DNA of 64,000 nt from Phycisphaerales bacterium (GCA_026647365.1 JAPKGW010000006.1:84395-148394); one strand, 5' to 3'; positions 41,441 to 51,957 are shown, counted from the stretch's first letter. Notes: a model not told the origin generated them from the letters alone. Numbers and translations: made by a program.

Positions 41441-42610
41441 TCATGCTCCGCCCGAACGGCTCCCTCGGATGACCTGCTCATACATCGCGTCAATCTGTGT
41501 TGCGATCGCGTCCCAGCGGAACGTACGCTCGACCCACGGCCGCGCGCGGGCGGCCATCTCCGCCAGGCGCGCCCGATTCGACAGCAACTCGGCCAGCCGC
41601 TGCGCCAGAGGCTCCGCGGCGCAGGGCACGACCTCCCCCACTCCCGCCGCCGCGACCTCGGCGCAGATGTTGACCTGGTCGGAAATGAGCACCGGCGTGC
41701 CGACGCCCAATGCCTCGATCACCGACACACCGAAGTTCTCCTGGTAACTCGGCAGGCAGAAGAGGTCGGCATCGCGCAGCGCTTCGAGGCGAGAGCGACC
41801 CGCCATCATGCCGGGAAAGATCACGCGCTCGCCTGCGCCCAGGGACGCGGCCTGCGCGCGGAGTTCGTCGATGTACCCCGTCTCGCCCGGCCCGACAATC
41901 GCGAGCATCGCGCTGGCATCCGGCAGGCGCGCGAATGCCGGCAGAAGCAGGTCAAGGCCCTTCTTGTGATGCACGCGGCTGAGGAAGACGATCAGCGGGC
42001 GGTCGCCGATCCTGTGAGCAGCGCGGAATTCGCCGCGCCGCGGAAGTACCTTGAATTCCTCCCAGTCGAGCCCGTTGGGAATGACGAAGGCTCGCGGGAA
42101 GAGGCGAAGAGGCTCGACGAGCCGCCGCTCCGTCTCGGTGGTGTAATGCAGCGCGGCGGCGCGATTGAGGTGCCGCCTCGCCATGAGCGCGAGGAAGAGG
42201 CGCTTCTTGAGCCGCCCCTGGCTCAGCGTCCACGGATCGAGCATGCCGCACGGGCGCATGATGTAGGGCGCGCCGGCGGCGCGGGCGGCGGCGGCGGCGC
42301 TGTGCGGGGCGTGCTGCCAAAGGCCGTGGATGTGCACGACGTCCACACCTTCCGCCAGATTTGCGTCAATCCGGCGCCGCGTCGTCCGTCCGGCCGCGAA
42401 CGGCCCGCGCATCGGGCCGCAGGCGAGATGTTCAGCCCCGACCTCGCGCATCTCGTCCGTTACAACCTCGACCGCAGCCGGATCGTCGGCCGTGAGGACG
42501 CACACCCTGTGACCGCAGCGGGCGGCCTGCACGCGCGCCAGGCGCGCCAGCACGTTGGCCGGGCCACCCGTCTTCGGATCGATCGACGTCAGCACGTGAA
42601 GGATGCGCAT
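41441..42610 (-). CDS. Glycosyltransferase family 4
   Basis: MRILHV, HIHGLW, FLSRVHHKKGLDLL, PSYQENFGVSVIEAL..GTPV. Confidence 0.93.
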   Translation of the reverse strand: MRILHVLTSIDPKTGGPANVLARLARVQAARCGHRVCVLTADDPAAVEVVTDEMREVGAEHLACGPMRGPFAAGRTTRRRIDANLAEGVDVVHIHGLWQHAPHSAAAAARAAGAPYIMRPCGMLDPWTLSQGRLKKRLFLALMARRHLNRAAALHYTTETERRLVEPLRLFPRAFVIPNGLDWEEFKVLPRRGEFRAAHRIGDRPLIVFLSRVHHKKGLDLLLPAFARLPDASAMLAIVGPGETGYIDELRAQAASLGAGERVIFPGMMAGRSRLEALRDADLFCLPSYQENFGVSVIEALGVGTPVLISDQVNICAEVAAAGVGEVVPCAAEPLAQRLAELLSNRARLAEMAARARPWVERTFRWDAIATQIDAMYEQVIRGSRSGGA

Positions 42611-42621
42611 CGCTGCTGACT

Positions 42622-43701
42622 CTATCGACCATCGGCGCGCGGGAGCGAAAGCGTCACGAGAATCGGCCGATGGTCCGACCCGATGTCCTCAAGCACTTGG
42701 CGCGCGACGAACTCGATTTCCGCCGAGGCCCAGACGCGGTCGATGGTGAGGCGAAGTGGCGCAGGCCAGGCGGCCGGCCAGGTTCCTGCCAGGCCCCCGA
42801 GCACGTCCGAGGCGCGCAGTCCGCTCTGATCGAGCATGATGTGGTGGCGATGCCCCGAGGCGGTGGCATTGAAGTCGCCGCCGACCACGACCGGCACGCC
42901 GGAGGGCAGCAGGTGCGCGCGACTGACCTCTGCGAGGAGCGCGGTGAGTTCGTTGCCGCGTGCCCACGCCGTCGCATCGCGCGGGCTGGGGGGATGCGCG
43001 GCTGTGAAGAGGAATCGCCCCTCCGGCTTCTCCACGAAGCATGAGCGCCTGTACGCATAGACGAACTTGTAACGCTCGAAGTCGCCGTCGAAGCGGAGGC
43101 GATGCAGGACGTAGCGGCTCAGGAGCATGTCGCGCCACGTCATGCCCCGCTCCGGCCCGACGACGAAGGGAAGAACCTCACGAATCTCCGAGTTGTCCGC
43201 CAGGTAGCCCTCCAATCCCGGCAGGACCTCGATGACCGCGGCGGCGTCGGGCTTCTCGCGGACCAGGATCGGAATGAGGTTGTCGAGCGCCGACTTCGAC
43301 CCCTGCACATTGGAGACGAGGACGCGGACGAAGTGCCGGTCGGCCGGGGCGACTGCGGCGGCTGCCGGCGCTCGCGGGGGCAGGAGCATGGACCGCACAG
43401 GCCACACCGCCGTGATCGCCGCCGCCAGCGACAGCGCCGCGAGGCGGCCGCGCCGAGCCGCAAGCGCCCCGATGCACGTCAGCGCCGCGGGAACCGCGGC
43501 GATGTAACTCACGTTGGCGAGGAGGTCGATCGGCCACGCCAGGGACGCCAGGAATCGGCTTGCGGACGCGAACGTGAGCAGCAGCACCCACGTGCACCAG
43601 AAGGCGGTGCAGCAGCGCTGACGCGACGACCTGTCGGGAGAGACGGAGTTGACGATCGGACCCGTTCCGCTCGGCGCTACTTCTTTCGCACGTTCAACCA
43701 C
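42622..43701 (-). CDS. Membrane-anchored endonuclease/exonuclease/phosphatase (EEP) family protein
   Basis: N-terminal TMs; VSNVQ, HPPSP, GGDFNAT, IDRVW, GSDHRPI. Confidence 0.85.
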   Translation of the reverse strand: MVERAKEVAPSGTGPIVNSVSPDRSSRQRCCTAFWCTWVLLLTFASASRFLASLAWPIDLLANVSYIAAVPAALTCIGALAARRGRLAALSLAAAITAVWPVRSMLLPPRAPAAAAVAPADRHFVRVLVSNVQGSKSALDNLIPILVREKPDAAAVIEVLPGLEGYLADNSEIREVLPFVVGPERGMTWRDMLLSRYVLHRLRFDGDFERYKFVYAYRRSCFVEKPEGRFLFTAAHPPSPRDATAWARGNELTALLAEVSRAHLLPSGVPVVVGGDFNATASGHRHHIMLDQSGLRASDVLGGLAGTWPAAWPAPLRLTIDRVWASAEIEFVARQVLEDIGSDHRPILVTLSLPRADGR

Positions 43702-44498
43702 GCGAGATGATTGACCGGCCCGTTGCCCTGGCCAAGGTTGAAGTTCTGGCGAATCGCCTCGCTCACCACGTTCTTAGCCTGCTCGACCGCGTCAATGAGC
43801 GGCTTGCCCTGCACCAGGCCGCCCACGATTGCGGCCGAAAACGTGCAGCCCGCCCCGTGCGTATTGGTGCTCGGGCGCTTCTCGGCGGAGAGTTCGATGG
43901 TCTCTTCTCCGGTCCAGAACGCATCAACGGCTTCGGGCGGGCCGTCCACTTCGGCGCCGGGCCGTTCAAAACCAGTTACCACGACGGCATGACAGCCGAA
44001 CTTCTTTGCGATCTGCTTGGCCGCCGAGAGACCCTCGGCGATCGTCCTGCACGAGTCTCCGCCGAGGAGGCGCGCCGCCTCGAAGCGATTCGGCGTCACG
44101 ATTGCGGCGTGACGGAAGAGTCGCTCGGCGACGGCACGTGCGACGGCGTCGTCCACGAGCCTCGCGCCGGACCGCGCCACCATCACCGGATCAACGACGA
44201 GGGGACGCAGTGCGTGGCGCTTGACAGCCGCGGCGATGGTCTCGGCGGCGGCGACGGTGCCGATCATCCCCGTCTTGACGGCCTGGCAGTTGATGTCTCC
44301 GACGACGGCCTCGATTTGCGCATCGATGAGGTCGGCGTCGAGGTTCTCGATGCGCATCACGCCGCGCGTGCTCTGGGCGGTGATGGCGGTGAGGACAGTG
44401 CAGCCGAAGATTCCCATGGCGGCCCAGGTCTTGAGGTCGGCCTGGATGCCGGCCCCCCCGCTGCTGTCGCTGCCGGCGATCGTCAGAGCCGCCTTCAT
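43677..44498 (-). CDS. thiD: Hydroxymethylpyrimidine/phosphomethylpyrimidine kinase
   Basis: [53 protein letters not shown]. Confidence 0.95.
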   Translation of the reverse strand: MKAALTIAGSDSSGGAGIQADLKTWAAMGIFGCTVLTAITAQSTRGVMRIENLDADLIDAQIEAVVGDINCQAVKTGMIGTVAAAETIAAAVKRHALRPLVVDPVMVARSGARLVDDAVARAVAERLFRHAAIVTPNRFEAARLLGGDSCRTIAEGLSAAKQIAKKFGCHAVVVTGFERPGAEVDGPPEAVDAFWTGEETIELSAEKRPSTNTHGAGCTFSAAIVGGLVQGKPLIDAVEQAKNVVSEAIRQNFNLGQGNGPVNHLAWLNVRKK

Positions 44499-44610
44499 TC
44501 CCGGTACGGTGCGTTCTTCGGCCACGATAGGACCTCTCGAAGTGACTGGAGTGTTGCAGGACAGAGGCCCGCAAGATAGGCGCGGACCGCGCCGGTGGAA
44601 AGAGCGCCCG

Positions 44611-45741
44611 TCAGCGGGCGACCACGCCTTCGCAACCTCCGCCGCCGGCCGGCGTCGCGGCCGAGAGACTCTTGAGCACCTGCGCCGCAGTCTCGCAGAC
44701 GATTTCGTGCTCGTGGGCATCGGCAGCGATCTCCAGGATGCGAGCGCGCAGTGCCGCGTCGTCGTTGGCAATCAGGTAATTGCCCGCGGCGATGAGGGCG
44801 TTGCGCTTCATCATCCACAACGACGCCCGCTTGAGGGCGGACCGCTCGAATGCCGCCCGCCGGCCCTGTTCACTCCACCCGAGCACTTCGAGAAGGTCGA
44901 AGGAACCGCGCCGCGGCGCGTAGGCGCTGTGAACCGCCGCTGCGGTGGTGCGCGGCGTGGGGCCGTTGTGCGGGCAGACTTCCTGACAGATGTCGCAGCC
45001 GAAAATCCAGTCTCCCGTCTGAGTGTGAAACTCGGATGGAACCGGCCCGCGCGACTCGATCGTGTGGTAACTGATGCACCGCGTCGCGTTAAGCGACCAC
45101 GGCGTGAGCGCCTGCGTCGGACACGCGTCGATGCAGCGCGTGCACGTGCCGCAGTGATCTTCGTGGACTGCGGCGGCGACCTCCAGCGGCAGCGTCGTGA
45201 TGATCTCGCCGAGAAGGAGGTAACTGCCTGCAGCCGGCTCGATGAGCATCGTGTTCTTGCCGACATACCCGAGACCGGCCCGGAAGGCATGCTCGCGCTC
45301 GAGCACGGGGGCCGTGTCCACGCACGCGACGAATTGATGGCCGGGAGAGATGCGAGCGAGCGAATCGCACAGTGCGTGCAGGCGCCGCTTCATGACGCGG
45401 TGATAGTCTTCTCCACGCGCATAGCGCGCGATGCGCCCGTGCCGCGAAGGCGTCACTTCCGGCGCGCCGTCGCCGGCCGCGTAACGGTCTGCGACGCAGA
45501 TGATTGAACGCGCGCCTGGGAGTTTCAGGCCCGGGTCGAGCCGCTGCTCGACGTGGACCGCGAGGTAGTGCATGTCCCCGTGGCGGCCTGCTTCCAGCCA
45601 GCGGATGACCTCGGCTGCGTGCGCGGACGGATGGGCGGGCGCGATGCCGCTGAGCGCGAAACCGCTCTCGGCGCACCGGGCGAGCACCTGTGCCGCCGCG
45701 GTGCGCGGATCAATCGGGGCGGGCGGCGCCTGGGCGGTCAT
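44611..45741 (-). CDS. queG: Epoxyqueuosine reductase
   Basis: [52 protein letters not shown]. Confidence 0.95.
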   Translation of the reverse strand: MTAQAPPAPIDPRTAAAQVLARCAESGFALSGIAPAHPSAHAAEVIRWLEAGRHGDMHYLAVHVEQRLDPGLKLPGARSIICVADRYAAGDGAPEVTPSRHGRIARYARGEDYHRVMKRRLHALCDSLARISPGHQFVACVDTAPVLEREHAFRAGLGYVGKNTMLIEPAAGSYLLLGEIITTLPLEVAAAVHEDHCGTCTRCIDACPTQALTPWSLNATRCISYHTIESRGPVPSEFHTQTGDWIFGCDICQEVCPHNGPTPRTTAAAVHSAYAPRRGSFDLLEVLGWSEQGRRAAFERSALKRASLWMMKRNALIAAGNYLIANDDAALRARILEIAADAHEHEIVCETAAQVLKSLSAATPAGGGGCEGVVAR

Positions 45742-47627
45742 CGGTCGCGGATCGTTGATTCGGCGGGTGGATCGCTGGAATCCGGTTCGCGCAGGGATGG
45801 ATCGCGCCGCGACTCGGGCCGCTCTTCCGGAGTGGCGGCCCGGATTCCTCGCACCACGTCGTCAATGAGCGTGTTGCGCTCCGGCGCGAAGACCGTGTTC
45901 AGCCCCCTCTGGACCTGCATTTCGTACAGCACGCGCACGGTCTCGCCGTACGAGAGACCCAGGGCAGGATCAAGGCTGTAGGCCGACGGCCTCGCCCCGA
46001 GAAACGAGACGAACCCGACCATGTCCGTGGGAGGTTCATACTCAATCGCCTCGAACGATCCCTTCTTGCGGTAACGCGCCCGCAGCGGTTCGCTCTGATC
46101 GTGGCGCACCAATTGCAGACGATCAGACAGCGACCGCACCAGCACACGCTCCGCGACGCCCGTTCCCGATCCGAAGACCACGATGCGCGGCTGCTTCTGG
46201 AGCGTGGCATAGACCATCGGCTTCTGCGAGGGAACGGCGTAAACGTCGAACTCCTGGTGAGGATCGAGCGTGACGCGCCGCACGATCGGTTCGCGCTGCT
46301 TGAGCAGCGCATTGAACGCCGCGACGCGAACGTCGAACTGCTCATCGTCGAGCAGTTCGCGCAGGGCGAGTGCGCTCTGCGCCGAAGGAGGCATCTCGGA
46401 AAGGCGGCGGATCGCGTCAATCCTCAGTCCGCTTGCGCGGTCGCGCGCCATGTCGATGAGGTGGGGCACGACCCGCGGATCGCCCAGCCTCGCTCCCGCG
46501 TTAAGAGCCGCCAGCCGCGGAATCACATCAGGGTGCGTATACAGGTGACCGATGGCGCCGACAGCGAGTTCACCCAGCGCCACCCAGCACCAGGTTACTG
46601 CCGGCGCGTCAACGGGGTTCTCCACCACCCAGCGAGCCAACTGGTCGGCCCGCAACTCGATCCCTCCCTGGAAGATCTGCGTGTACATCAGCGTCTCGAC
46701 GAAGGCGTCCGTCTGCTCGTGCCGGCTCGGCGGCACGGTGAGCACGATCTGTTCGTCGGATCGCCCGGGCACGGACTCGGCAGTCGGCCGCGGCTGGCTC
46801 GGTTCCTGCGGGAAGCGCGTGTTGATCGCGTCGATGATCGCACGCGCCCTGCTGTAGTTGGGCGTGCGCAACTGAAGGACGAGGGGAAGATCGGTCGTTA
46901 CTACGCCGCCGTTGAGGATTCGCCCCACGCGCCGGTCCACAACCACACCGGTCGAAGGGTCGTCGGGCGCCTCTGAATGCGCAGACTCTTCCGGCGCGAG
47001 GCTCCACTCCACGCCCTCGGCCAACGCCGCGAGATTCTCGCCGGCGAAGGGATTGATGAAAAGATCGCCCCTGGCCTGAGCAACGGGCTGAACGCCCTGT
47101 ACGGCCCCCAGGAAGCCCGTCGTCAGGTTCGCCGTCCAGAGCCGGCCTCCCTCAAGGCTGGTCGTGCTTGACCCGGGAACGGCGGAGACCACGACGTCGA
47201 AGCGGCTGCCCTTGACCGCTCCAGGCGGCACCGCCGCCTGCACCAGCACCGCCGCTGTGTTCCGATCGTCCAGGACTCCCCGCATCGTCAGGCGCGGCGC
47301 TCCGCTCACTTCCGGATCAGGGAGAAGTTTGGCCCCTTCGCGTTCGAGATAAGTGCGGACGGGCAGAGGCGTGTCGTTCGAGCCTGTTCCATCCAGGCCA
47401 ACCACGATTCCGTAGCCTTGGACGAGGGTCTGGCCGTAGCCAAGCAACTGCGCCTCGTAGATGATCGTGCCTCGCAGGAAACGAGGCATGGGGTTGGGAG
47501 TGAGTTCGGGCTTGACTGTCTCGGGCGGGGGCTTGTCGGGCGAGCAGCCAGCCGGCCAGCCAATCGTCAGCAACGCCGCGCCGGCCGCTGACGCCGCTAC
47601 CCTGCTCCATTGCATGCCCTTGCCCAT
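45738..47627 (-). CDS. FlgI (P-ring)-like lipoprotein with HEAT repeats
   Basis: Lipobox-like PAGC; VQGYGIVVGLDGTGS and AAVLVQA.VPPGA.KG.RFDV.VSA…SLEGG FlgI motifs; HEAT-like 'ALRELLDDEQFDVRVAAFNAL'. Confidence 0.8.
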   Translation of the reverse strand: MGKGMQWSRVAASAAGAALLTIGWPAGCSPDKPPPETVKPELTPNPMPRFLRGTIIYEAQLLGYGQTLVQGYGIVVGLDGTGSNDTPLPVRTYLEREGAKLLPDPEVSGAPRLTMRGVLDDRNTAAVLVQAAVPPGAVKGSRFDVVVSAVPGSSTTSLEGGRLWTANLTTGFLGAVQGVQPVAQARGDLFINPFAGENLAALAEGVEWSLAPEESAHSEAPDDPSTGVVVDRRVGRILNGGVVTTDLPLVLQLRTPNYSRARAIIDAINTRFPQEPSQPRPTAESVPGRSDEQIVLTVPPSRHEQTDAFVETLMYTQIFQGGIELRADQLARWVVENPVDAPAVTWCWVALGELAVGAIGHLYTHPDVIPRLAALNAGARLGDPRVVPHLIDMARDRASGLRIDAIRRLSEMPPSAQSALALRELLDDEQFDVRVAAFNALLKQREPIVRRVTLDPHQEFDVYAVPSQKPMVYATLQKQPRIVVFGSGTGVAERVLVRSLSDRLQLVRHDQSEPLRARYRKKGSFEAIEYEPPTDMVGFVSFLGARPSAYSLDPALGLSYGETVRVLYEMQVQRGLNTVFAPERNTLIDDVVRGIRAATPEERPESRRDPSLREPDSSDPPAESTIRDR

Positions 47628-47846
47628 ATTCGCCCTCACTCGCTTGCGGACCACTTCGCGCCCAGGCGTGGCTCGCATGTCTCCGGTCGAAGCGATCCCA
47701 GCCTCTAGCGTATCGCGCCCGGCCCTTCCCGGCCACACGCTCGGGGCGGTCGCTGACCTGGACGCGAAGGACCGGCGGGTGGGCCTCGCCTCATCAGCGA
47801 TTGCAGCCGAAGTCCTGCCGGGTTCGATACGAGGACCAGGAGCGAT

Positions 47847-48764
47847 ATGATGCATCAGCCCGAATGGGCAGCCTCAACGCGCGATTTTCTCGGCTTTGCG
47901 CGGGTCGAGTGCGGCCTGGCGGCGAATACTCTGCGCGCTTACGGCGACGACCTCGAAGACCTGACGCGCGATCTGACCGATCGAGGCATTCATTCGCCTG
48001 CAGCGGTTCAGCCCGCCGACCTGGCCGCGCACGTGCGGGCGCTGCGGACTGAGCGCAACCTTGCGGCGACCAGCATCTGCCGCCACCTTGCGACCATCCG
48101 CATGTTCTTCCGCTTTCTGCATGCGGATCAGCGGATCGAACACAATCCCACGGAACTGCTCGAAACGCCGACCCGCTGGAAGCGCCTGCCGGGCTGCCTC
48201 TCACCGTTGCAGATGAAGAAACTCCTGGCCGCACCCAATGCAGAGCAGGGAGAACTCTGGATGCGCGACCAGGCGCTGCTTGAACTCCTGTACGCCTCAG
48301 GTCTGCGGGCGTCGGAGGTTGTGGCGGTGTGCGTGCGCGACATCCATGAGACGCTGGGCGTTGTGAACGTAACAGGCAAGGGCGGCCATGAACGACTCGT
48401 GCCTCTCGGGAGGCCGGCCCTGGAGTCCATCGGTCGCTATGTCGCCGAGTCGCGGCCCATCCTTGCCGGGCGCGGGCGCGGCGAGGAGGAGGGCCGACTG
48501 CTTGTCTCGCGCACCGGCCGGCCCCTCGAGCGCATTGCCGTCTGGCAGATCGTTCGGCGACAGGCGAACGCGGCCGGCCTGGTGAAGGTCCACCCACACA
48601 TGCTGCGCCACAGTTTCGCCACGCATCTCGTCTCCGGCGGCGCGAACCTGCGCATCGTGCAGGAGCTTCTCGGACACGCAGACATTGTCACGACGCAGAC
48701 CTACACGCACGTGGATGCACGGCGGCTGCGGGAAGTGCACAGACAGTTCCATCCGCGTTCCTAG
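47847..48764 (+). CDS. xerD: Tyrosine recombinase XerD-like
   Basis: GLAANTLRAY..DL, RD.ALLELLYASGLRASE, GKGG, HPHMLRHSFATHL, VQELLGHADI.TTQ.YTHV. Confidence 0.9.
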   Translation: MMHQPEWAASTRDFLGFARVECGLAANTLRAYGDDLEDLTRDLTDRGIHSPAAVQPADLAAHVRALRTERNLAATSICRHLATIRMFFRFLHADQRIEHNPTELLETPTRWKRLPGCLSPLQMKKLLAAPNAEQGELWMRDQALLELLYASGLRASEVVAVCVRDIHETLGVVNVTGKGGHERLVPLGRPALESIGRYVAESRPILAGRGRGEEEGRLLVSRTGRPLERIAVWQIVRRQANAAGLVKVHPHMLRHSFATHLVSGGANLRIVQELLGHADIVTTQTYTHVDARRLREVHRQFHPRS

Positions 48765-48814
48765 TCCCGTCTCAATCACTTCGCGGCGGGCGGCTGCACG
48801 ACGGGGAAACAGAA

Positions 48815-48844
48815 CAGCACCTCGCGATGGATCGCGAGGTGCTG
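48815..48844. terminator. Probable intrinsic terminator between convergent xerD and PEP-CTERM genes
   Basis: CAGCACCTCGCGAT-GG-ATCGCGAGGTGCTG perfect IR, followed by TTCTGTTT on the minus strand. Confidence 0.7.
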
Positions 48845-48885
48845 CGGTAAGTCCGATCTCTTTCAGATCAGAGGCGCTGGCCCGT

Positions 48886-49509
48886 TCAGTTGCGGCGGCG
48901 CCGACCGCCGAGGACGAGCGTGCCCAGTCCGAGGAGGGCAAGGCTGCCAGGGGCGGGGATGCGGTAGAGCAGAACCTGGCAGAGCCACTGGCCGCTGCCC
49001 TGGAAGTTGTTGACTTCAGTCTGCTGAGCGTCGAAGGAATCCCACGTCGTGTTGTAGGGTCCGATGACGACGAGATAAGTGCCCGCGAGGAGATTGATCT
49101 GGTTGATGATGTTGCCCTGACGCGTGGTCCCGTTGAAAGGATTGGCGAACTGGGGCGCATCGCCGAAGCCGAGGTAGGCGTCGAGGCTGCCGTCGCCGGC
49201 GTCGTCGTTGATCGCGAGGATCTGTGTGCCGTCGCTGTTGTAGAGCGCCAGTTCGGTGTCGCTACCGAGGGCCTGTGAGCCGAAACTGTCGAGCTGGAGC
49301 GCCCAGAGGCTGCCCTGCGTGACATTGACGTCAATGGTGAAGCGAAGCCCGAAGAGCACCTCACCATTGCGGGTGAAGAAACCGGCGTCATTCAGAGGAA
49401 CGCCGGGCTGCAACGGCTGCTGCACCGTTCGGATGGGGAAAGCAAGGGCGGGGCCGGCGGCCACAGCAGCCAGCACCACGCCGCACACGATGGTCTTGAT
49501 GTTCTTCAT
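48886..49509 (-). CDS. PEP-CTERM surface protein with PPC/DVUA0089-like domain
   Basis: Signal peptide; DTELALYNSDG..LA.NDD; L.AGTYLVVI; C-terminal IPAPGSLALLGLGTLVLGGRRRRN. Confidence 0.88.
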   Translation of the reverse strand: MKNIKTIVCGVVLAAVAAGPALAFPIRTVQQPLQPGVPLNDAGFFTRNGEVLFGLRFTIDVNVTQGSLWALQLDSFGSQALGSDTELALYNSDGTQILAINDDAGDGSLDAYLGFGDAPQFANPFNGTTRQGNIINQINLLAGTYLVVIGPYNTTWDSFDAQQTEVNNFQGSGQWLCQVLLYRIPAPGSLALLGLGTLVLGGRRRRN

Positions 49510-49846
49510 CTCTCACACTCTCCTGTACTGATGAGATCGGACCTGAAATTTCGAAACGGAAACGGCGCTAATCACACGCGCCCCCGCAATGTTCGACCAG
49601 GCTGCACGTTCGCAGACCGGTATTCCAGCAATTCGGCCAGTTCACCCCGCGGTCAATGCTGCGCCGCAGAGCGACCGGCAATCAACGCACAATCTGTTGA
49701 GGGAGTCAATCTCTCCGCTCCTCAACACTTTCCAACACACCAGAATACCCGATTCTTCCCGCACTGTCCAGTGCGAAAGACAAAAAACTTGAGGATTTCC
49801 TGAAAACTACCCAACCAGGTGGCAGCCCCAATTCTGAGTCCCATAA

Positions 49847-50227
49847 TCAGTACCTTGGAACTTCTCCATCCACGGAGACCGACCACGCATCAATGCCTCC
49901 AGCCAGTGACCAGACGTCCGCAAACCCCAAATGCCGCAGGTAGGCGGTAACTCTCAGCGACCTCTGGCCCCTGTGGCAATAGACGACGATCCGCCTGCCC
50001 TCCATCTCCTGCAGGTCTTCAACGCGACTGGCTATCTCGCTCATGGGAATCAGGATCGAACCTGCCAGGAAACCGATCTTGCGCTCTTCGGGCGTGCGGC
50101 AATCGATCAGGACCGGTGGAGGATCAGTGGACAGTTCGTTCGCCAGACGAAGCGGTGTGATCTCCCAATCCTCGCGAAGCGGGTACCCGGGTGGCAGGCC
50201 CGTCTCGCTGTCCAGGGGCTCGCTCAC
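49847..50227 (-). CDS. Rhodanese-like domain protein
   Basis: GTG start overlapping the upstream stop; LIDCRTPEE, VVYCHRGQRS, SLAGGIDAWS..VD..VPRY. Confidence 0.88.
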   Translation of the reverse strand: MSEPLDSETGLPPGYPLREDWEITPLRLANELSTDPPPVLIDCRTPEERKIGFLAGSILIPMSEIASRVEDLQEMEGRRIVVYCHRGQRSLRVTAYLRHLGFADVWSLAGGIDAWSVSVDGEVPRY

Positions 50228-50751
50228 GGCCGCGGCTCCGCAGGCGAGAGATCTATCGGGTCGGCGCGGGGCTGCAACTCGTACACGCCTGCCGGGCCAT
50301 GGCCGATGCGGCGAGGCGGCGACACCACCACCATGCGGAAAGGCGCAAGGGCCAGGTTGCCCAGTTGCGCGATCGGATCCACCACGATCTCGAGGTATTG
50401 CGCCTGGAAGTTGACTCGTCGATCCGTCAGGTCCAGAGCCGAGTCCGCTGTGGGATACAGGCCGCGCTCGCGGACCCGGTTGCGGTCGCCGAAGGTGAAT
50501 GAGCGGACGTAGTGCGGCCGGACCTCGACGTCGTTGCGCGAGAGACGGATTTCGTGCTCTGGCCAGTCGCTGCGATCGATGCCTGTAACGGAAGTCTCGC
50601 CTGAGAAGACCGCAGGCGGCGCATCGGCCTTCAGCGCGGGCAGAGGACTGGCCTGCCGCGGCTGATTCGAGACGTTCATCGAGCCGCACCCCTGCCCGAG
50701 CCACAAGGTCAGCGTCACCCAGAAGGTCAGCCACATGATGCGCGTGCGCAT
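50224..50751 (-). CDS. Hypothetical lipoprotein
   Basis: Hydrophobic N-terminus ending GQGC; translationally coupled to the rhodanese gene. Confidence 0.6.
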   Translation of the reverse strand: MRTRIMWLTFWVTLTLWLGQGCGSMNVSNQPRQASPLPALKADAPPAVFSGETSVTGIDRSDWPEHEIRLSRNDVEVRPHYVRSFTFGDRNRVRERGLYPTADSALDLTDRRVNFQAQYLEIVVDPIAQLGNLALAPFRMVVVSPPRRIGHGPAGVYELQPRADPIDLSPAEPRP

Positions 50752-50847
50752 GATCCAGGTTCTCCGGTAGACGATTGGAGTGTAGGCAGCGGTCACCATC
50801 CCGGGCCGTGGGCGGTCCGGGCGCGGCGTCGAGCGGACCCACGGACC

Positions 50848-51534
50848 TTACTCAAGCGAGCCTGTCGCCTCTCGAACGAGGCGTTCGATGAGTTCTTCAT
50901 CGAAGCCGCGGCGGGCGAGGAGAGCGAGCAGGCGGCGCGCACGGGCCTGCGGCGCCAGTGACTGCATCGCCGCGTACCGGGACGCGATCAGCCGACGGGC
51001 ATCCTGTTCCGCATCGGTCTGCGTTGACTCCTCGGCGAGAATGCGCCGGGCGACCTCCGGTTCGACGCCGTGCCTCGCCAGCGTCCGCATCTTCAAGTGT
51101 TCGCCTGCGGGTGCACGGCGCGTCAGTTGGGCCAGGGCTTCGCGCGCGAAGGCCTCATCGTCGATAAGCCCGAGTCCGGCGAGGTGGTCGACCACGCGCG
51201 ACACCGTCTCGTGGTCGAACTCGCGCGCTTCGAGTCGCTGCTTCAGTTCGGACCTTGCGAAGGGCCGGCGGGCGAGAATCCTCATCGCGGCCCGCAGCGC
51301 CGAATCAAACGCGGCGCATTGCACGATCGCCTTCGCGAGCCGGGCATCGAGAGTCGTTCCCGGTCGGATGCCGAGCCGTTCGACATCGCGGCTCGACAAC
51401 ACGGCCGCGATGCGCCGCCCGACGCGGACCTTGCCGCGCTGCGCGGACTCATCGACAGGAGTGACGGCGGTGATCTCGCTGCCGATCAGCGCCTCCAGAC
51501 GCCGACGGAGATTCTCATCGACCCGGTCGTTCAT
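50848..51534 (-). CDS. recX: Regulatory protein RecX
   Basis: AMRILARRP..RSELKQRL, GLIDDEAFA, LARRGFD.ELI. Confidence 0.85.
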   Translation of the reverse strand: MNDRVDENLRRRLEALIGSEITAVTPVDESAQRGKVRVGRRIAAVLSSRDVERLGIRPGTTLDARLAKAIVQCAAFDSALRAAMRILARRPFARSELKQRLEAREFDHETVSRVVDHLAGLGLIDDEAFAREALAQLTRRAPAGEHLKMRTLARHGVEPEVARRILAEESTQTDAEQDARRLIASRYAAMQSLAPQARARRLLALLARRGFDEELIERLVREATGSLE

Positions 51535-51848
51535 CGCGCCAGCGCCTGGAGGTACTCGCTCAGTTCGCGTGCCGCCTTGGGGTCGGCGGCGGAATCGACG
51601 GCCTGCAATCCCTGCATCAGGACTGCGCGGGCCTCATCGACGCGCCCCATGGCCGCGAGGGAGCGGGCCTTGTGGTAGTACGCGTAACCGTGGCCCGGCT
51701 CGATGGCGACGACACGGTCGAAGTGTCGCAGGGCCTCATCGTGCCGCCCGACCTTCGCGTACTCCTGCGCCAACGCATAGAGACAGAAGGCGTCGTCAGG
51801 TTCGATTTCGAGCAACCTGAGGAGTTTGTCGATGCGGCTGCTGGTCAT
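51531..51848 (-). CDS. Small TPR protein
   Basis: RIDKLLRLLE.EPDDAF.LYALAQEY, YAYYHKA; ATGA overlap with recX. Confidence 0.85.
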   Translation of the reverse strand: MTSSRIDKLLRLLEIEPDDAFCLYALAQEYAKVGRHDEALRHFDRVVAIEPGHGYAYYHKARSLAAMGRVDEARAVLMQGLQAVDSAADPKAARELSEYLQALAR

Positions 51849-51957
51849 GGCGATGGAGAATCCTACCCTATCGGCCCGTCGCGGCCCCCGGCAGACCCGC
51901 GCGCTGCACGACGCGCGAGCGCCGGGCACGGCGACGGGACTCGGGGAGGACATAGAG

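Noticed and set aside
44499-44610. TPP riboswitch upstream of thiD
   Set aside because: No CUGAGA or other TPP core motif seen.
47847-48764. Tyrosine recombinase as the integrase of a mobile element
   Set aside because: Size and motifs fit housekeeping XerD; no att repeats, adjacent tRNA or phage/ICE genes.
49510-49846. Sigma-54 promoter upstream of the PEP-CTERM gene
   Set aside because: No convincing TGGCAC-N5-TTGC with correct spacing found.
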